A stretch of 64,000 bases of DNA, taken from positions 1 through 64,000 of the forward strand of contig JBFOMH010000002.1 in the NCBI GenBank assembly GCA_040830765.1, in the 5' to 3' direction. Shown here piece by piece: positions 60,914 to 64,000 of this stretch. The position numbers were made by a program, and so were the translations under genes. The DNA is from Puniceicoccaceae bacterium (lineage in GTDB: Bacteria; Verrucomicrobiota; Verrucomicrobiia; Opitutales; Oceanipulchritudinaceae). Position 1 is the stretch's first letter. The number at the start of each line of letters is the position of its first letter. The notes below the pieces were generated by a model that had not been told where the DNA came from, searched no databases, and worked only from the letters and a program-made list of their open reading frames with translations.

Positions 60914-62473
60914 TCAGGAGGGATTGCCGGACTCCCCGGCATCAGTCACCTGCGGCCGCGGGAAGAGAATGGTCTTGCCGCCGAGCACCTGTCCGTCAAG
61001 GCGGCTGGACCAGTCCAGTTGGCCCTCCCAGCGCTCAACCGGTTCCTGCCCGAGAAGTCCGCTGATCTTGTCCGAGATATCCGGCATGACCGGCTGGAGG
61101 AAGGCGTTGGCGAGCCGAAGTCCCTCGGCGAGGTTGGCCAAAGTAGTGGCCAGCAATGCCTGGTCGGCGGCCTCTTCCGACTTGGCCAGCTTCCACGGGG
61201 CACGGATTTCGGCATAGCGGTTAAGGCTGGTGACGAAGGCAAAGGTCTTCTCCAGGGCGAGATGAAACTGGAACTGGTCGAAGGCCTGCAGGACCTCCTC
61301 GCGGGTCTTGTCCCAACCGGCCTTCAGTTCCTTCTCCGGGTCCTCCTCGACGGTTGCTGGCTGCAGCCCTTCCGGGAAATTGCGTCCGGCCATGTTGAGG
61401 AGGCGGCTGACGAGGTTGCCAAGGTTGTTGGCAAGGTCGGCATTGTAGCGGCCGAGGAACAATTCCAGCGTGAAATCGCTATCCTGCCCGACGCTCATTT
61501 CGCGGGTCAGGAAGTAGCGCAAAGCATCGGCGCCATAGGTCTCGGCAAACTCCACCGGATCGATCTTGAGCCCGGTGCTCTTGGACATCTTGGCCCCGCC
61601 GATGTGCCACCAGCCGTGGACCAGCAGCGCCTTCGGGGGCTCCACCCCGATGGCCTTGAGCATGGCCGGCCAGTAGACAGAGTGCGGCGGCACAAGGATA
61701 TCCTTGCCAATGACATGGTAGTCGACCGGCCAGTACTTGTTGAAGTCGTCCGTCCCGTAGCCAATGGCGGAGATGTAGTTGATGAGGGCGTCGAACCAAA
61801 CGTAGGTGACGTAGTCGGTATCGAAGGGCAGCTCGATGCCCCAGGAAAGCCGCGTCTTGGGCCGGGAAATGCAGAGATCATTGACGGGTTCCTTGAGGAA
61901 CTCCAGCACCTGCTTCTGGCGGAAGGCCGGCACGACAAAGGCATTCTCCTTGAGGAAGCTGATGAGCCAGTCCTGGTAAGCGCTCAGCTTGAAGAAGTAG
62001 TTCTCCTCCTGAATCTGAACCACCTCGCCGTAGATTTCCGGCCAGCTGCCATCCGCCTCCCGCTCCTTCTCAAGGACAAACTGCTCCTGGCGGACAGAGT
62101 AGAATCCCTCGTAGCTGCCCTTGTAGATTTCCCCGCGATCATGGAGGTCCTGGAGGATTGTCTGGACGACGTCCTTATGCCGCTGCTCGGAAGTGCGGAT
62201 GAAGTCGTTGTTGGAAATATTCAGATGCTGGCAGAGCTCGACAAAAAGCGGGCCGACCTCGCTGGTCAGCTCGAGGGGAGTCCTTCCCTGGGCCTCGGCG
62301 GTCTGGGTCACTTTCTGGCCATGCTCGTCAATCCCGGTCAGGAAATGGACTTCCTCGCCAGTGAGGCGCTTGTAGCGGGCGACAACATCGGTCAAAACCT
62401 TCTCGTAGGCATGCCCGAGGTGAGGCGGACCGTTGGCATAGTCAATGGCAGTGGTGATGTAGAACGTCTTCAT
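60914..62473 (-). CDS. metG: Methionyl-tRNA synthetase, short form
   Basis: FYITTAIDY, HLGH, YVWFDAL, IGKDI, KMSKS; start ATG 62473. Confidence 0.96.
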   Translation of the reverse strand: MKTFYITTAIDYANGPPHLGHAYEKVLTDVVARYKRLTGEEVHFLTGIDEHGQKVTQTAEAQGRTPLELTSEVGPLFVELCQHLNISNNDFIRTSEQRHKDVVQTILQDLHDRGEIYKGSYEGFYSVRQEQFVLEKEREADGSWPEIYGEVVQIQEENYFFKLSAYQDWLISFLKENAFVVPAFRQKQVLEFLKEPVNDLCISRPKTRLSWGIELPFDTDYVTYVWFDALINYISAIGYGTDDFNKYWPVDYHVIGKDILVPPHSVYWPAMLKAIGVEPPKALLVHGWWHIGGAKMSKSTGLKIDPVEFAETYGADALRYFLTREMSVGQDSDFTLELFLGRYNADLANNLGNLVSRLLNMAGRNFPEGLQPATVEEDPEKELKAGWDKTREEVLQAFDQFQFHLALEKTFAFVTSLNRYAEIRAPWKLAKSEEAADQALLATTLANLAEGLRLANAFLQPVMPDISDKISGLLGQEPVERWEGQLDWSSRLDGQVLGGKTILFPRPQVTDAGESGNPS

Positions 62474-62567
62474 GATCTCCTTTGCGGAAAAAGCAGTCAG
62501 ATTTGCCCGCGACTCCGGTGGCGTCAATTTAATTGCCTGATTTAGGAAGATGGCAATGCTGTCGGTC

Positions 62568-63971
62568 ATGTCGGAAAAGAAACAGGCTACATGGGGTGGA
62601 CGGTTCTCGGAGGGACCCGCCGACCGGATGATCCGGTTCAGCGAATCGGTATCCTTCGACCAGCGGCTGGCACCTTACGACATCATGGGCAGCCAGGCAC
62701 ACGCCCGCATGCTGGCCCATGTCGGGTTGTTGGAGGAAGCGGAATGTTCCGCCATCTGCGAGGGACTGGATGCGATTGGTGAAAAAATCGCCGCCGGGGA
62801 ATTTACCTGGGACCCGCGCCTCGAGGATGTCCACATGAACATCGAACAGGCCCTGACCCAGGCGGTCCCGGCAGCAGCCAAGCTCCATACCGCCCGCAGC
62901 CGCAATGATCAGGTAGCCACCGACATGCGACTCTTTTTCCTCGATGCCGCCTGCCAGCTGGACGGTGCCCTGGTGACACTGTTGAAGGCCCTCCTTTCCC
63001 AGGCTGCCGCCACACAGGAAGTGGCCATTCCAGGCTATACCCACCTGCAGCGGGCCCAGCCGGTCTCCATGGCGCATCACTTACTGGCCTACATGGAGAT
63101 GCTCGGCCGCGACCGGGATCGCATTGCCGACTTCTGCCGGCGGGCCCGGGTCTGCCCGCTGGGGGCGGGGGCCATCGCCGGGACAACGCTCCCCATTGAC
63201 CGTGAATTTGTCGCCCGCGAACTGGGATTTGTCGACGAAGCGGGCAATCCGCAAGTGACCCGCAACTCCATGGATGCAGTCGCCGACCGCGACCTCTTCA
63301 TCGAATTCGCCAACTGCTGTGCCCTCGTCGCAACCCACCTCTCCCGGATGGCGGAGGACGTCATCCTCTGGAGCAGCAACGAGTTTGGCTTTGTCCGGCT
63401 GCCGGACGCCTACACCACCGGCTCCAGCCTCATGCCGCAGAAAAAGAACCCGGACTCCCTGGAACTGATCCGGGGCAAGGCAGCCCGCATCATGGGACAG
63501 TCCCATACCCTGCTCACTTTGGTCAAGGGACTGCCCTTGACCTACAACCGCGATCTTCAGGAAGACAAGCCACCGGTTTTCGAGACCCTCGACATGACAC
63601 TTGACTGCCTTCTGGTCATGGAAGGCACTCTCGCCGGAATGACGGTCAACAAGGAGACCTGCGAGGACGCCGTTGCGGATCCCCTGCTGCTGGCCACCGA
63701 CCTTGTCGATTATCTTGTCCTCAAGGGGGTTCCGTTCCGGGATGCCCACCATGTCGTTGGTGAGTTGGTGGCCCTCTCCGAGAAAAGCGTCTGCCCGCTG
63801 AATGCCATTCCCCTCGACGAGGCCCAGAAGATTTGCGACAAGATTGAGCCCGACTGGACCGATTGTTTTTCCGTCGAGAAGGCCCTTGCCGGGCGTGAAC
63901 GGCCGGGCATGCCCGGACCCAAACAGATTGAAATGGAACTCGACCGCTGGAAGGGAACCCTTCCGGAATAA
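62568..63971 (+). CDS. argH: Argininosuccinate lyase
   Basis: [38 protein letters not shown]. Confidence 0.97.
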   Translation: MSEKKQATWGGRFSEGPADRMIRFSESVSFDQRLAPYDIMGSQAHARMLAHVGLLEEAECSAICEGLDAIGEKIAAGEFTWDPRLEDVHMNIEQALTQAVPAAAKLHTARSRNDQVATDMRLFFLDAACQLDGALVTLLKALLSQAAATQEVAIPGYTHLQRAQPVSMAHHLLAYMEMLGRDRDRIADFCRRARVCPLGAGAIAGTTLPIDREFVARELGFVDEAGNPQVTRNSMDAVADRDLFIEFANCCALVATHLSRMAEDVILWSSNEFGFVRLPDAYTTGSSLMPQKKNPDSLELIRGKAARIMGQSHTLLTLVKGLPLTYNRDLQEDKPPVFETLDMTLDCLLVMEGTLAGMTVNKETCEDAVADPLLLATDLVDYLVLKGVPFRDAHHVVGELVALSEKSVCPLNAIPLDEAQKICDKIEPDWTDCFSVEKALAGRERPGMPGPKQIEMELDRWKGTLPE

Positions 63972-64000
63972 GGCTGGTGCAGCAAGCGGCCTCAGCGGGA

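Overview
A 64-kb stretch of core chromosome from a GC-rich bacterium. Gene content and style (CcoN-CcoO fusion, extended Rho, PPi-PFK plus PPDK, long SufT, few Shine-Dalgarno sites) suggest Verrucomicrobiota, probably Opitutia/Puniceicoccaceae; this is an inference. It holds nucleoside phosphorylases, rho-coaE, a cbb3 oxidase cluster with two small genes the ORF track missed (ccoS-like and mini-ccoH-like), uvrD, OGG1, an S8 protease, a class III nucleotide cyclase, a biotin-domain-less carboxyltransferase, an MCE/Mla operon, two rsmE plus rsmD, ribH-nusB-ftsY-aroB, a peptide ABC transporter, pfk, xylAB, an Irr/PerR-like regulator with sufCBDT, ppdK, tatC, yqaE, metG and argH. I saw no rRNA, tRNA, CRISPR, transposase or phage genes. 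The best candidates for undescribed biology are: (1) an mlaEFD locus headed by a secreted protein of about 20 aromatic-Pro ('WPFY') repeats, with no mlaA/mlaC; (2) a ~90-nt ECF-promoter-type small RNA candidate just downstream of it; (3) a self-contained transcription unit with a 46-codon basic ORF; (4) dispersed AATCTT/AGCCTT hexamer arrays; (5) several apparently leaderless promoters. All functional calls come from motif recognition only; no database search was run.
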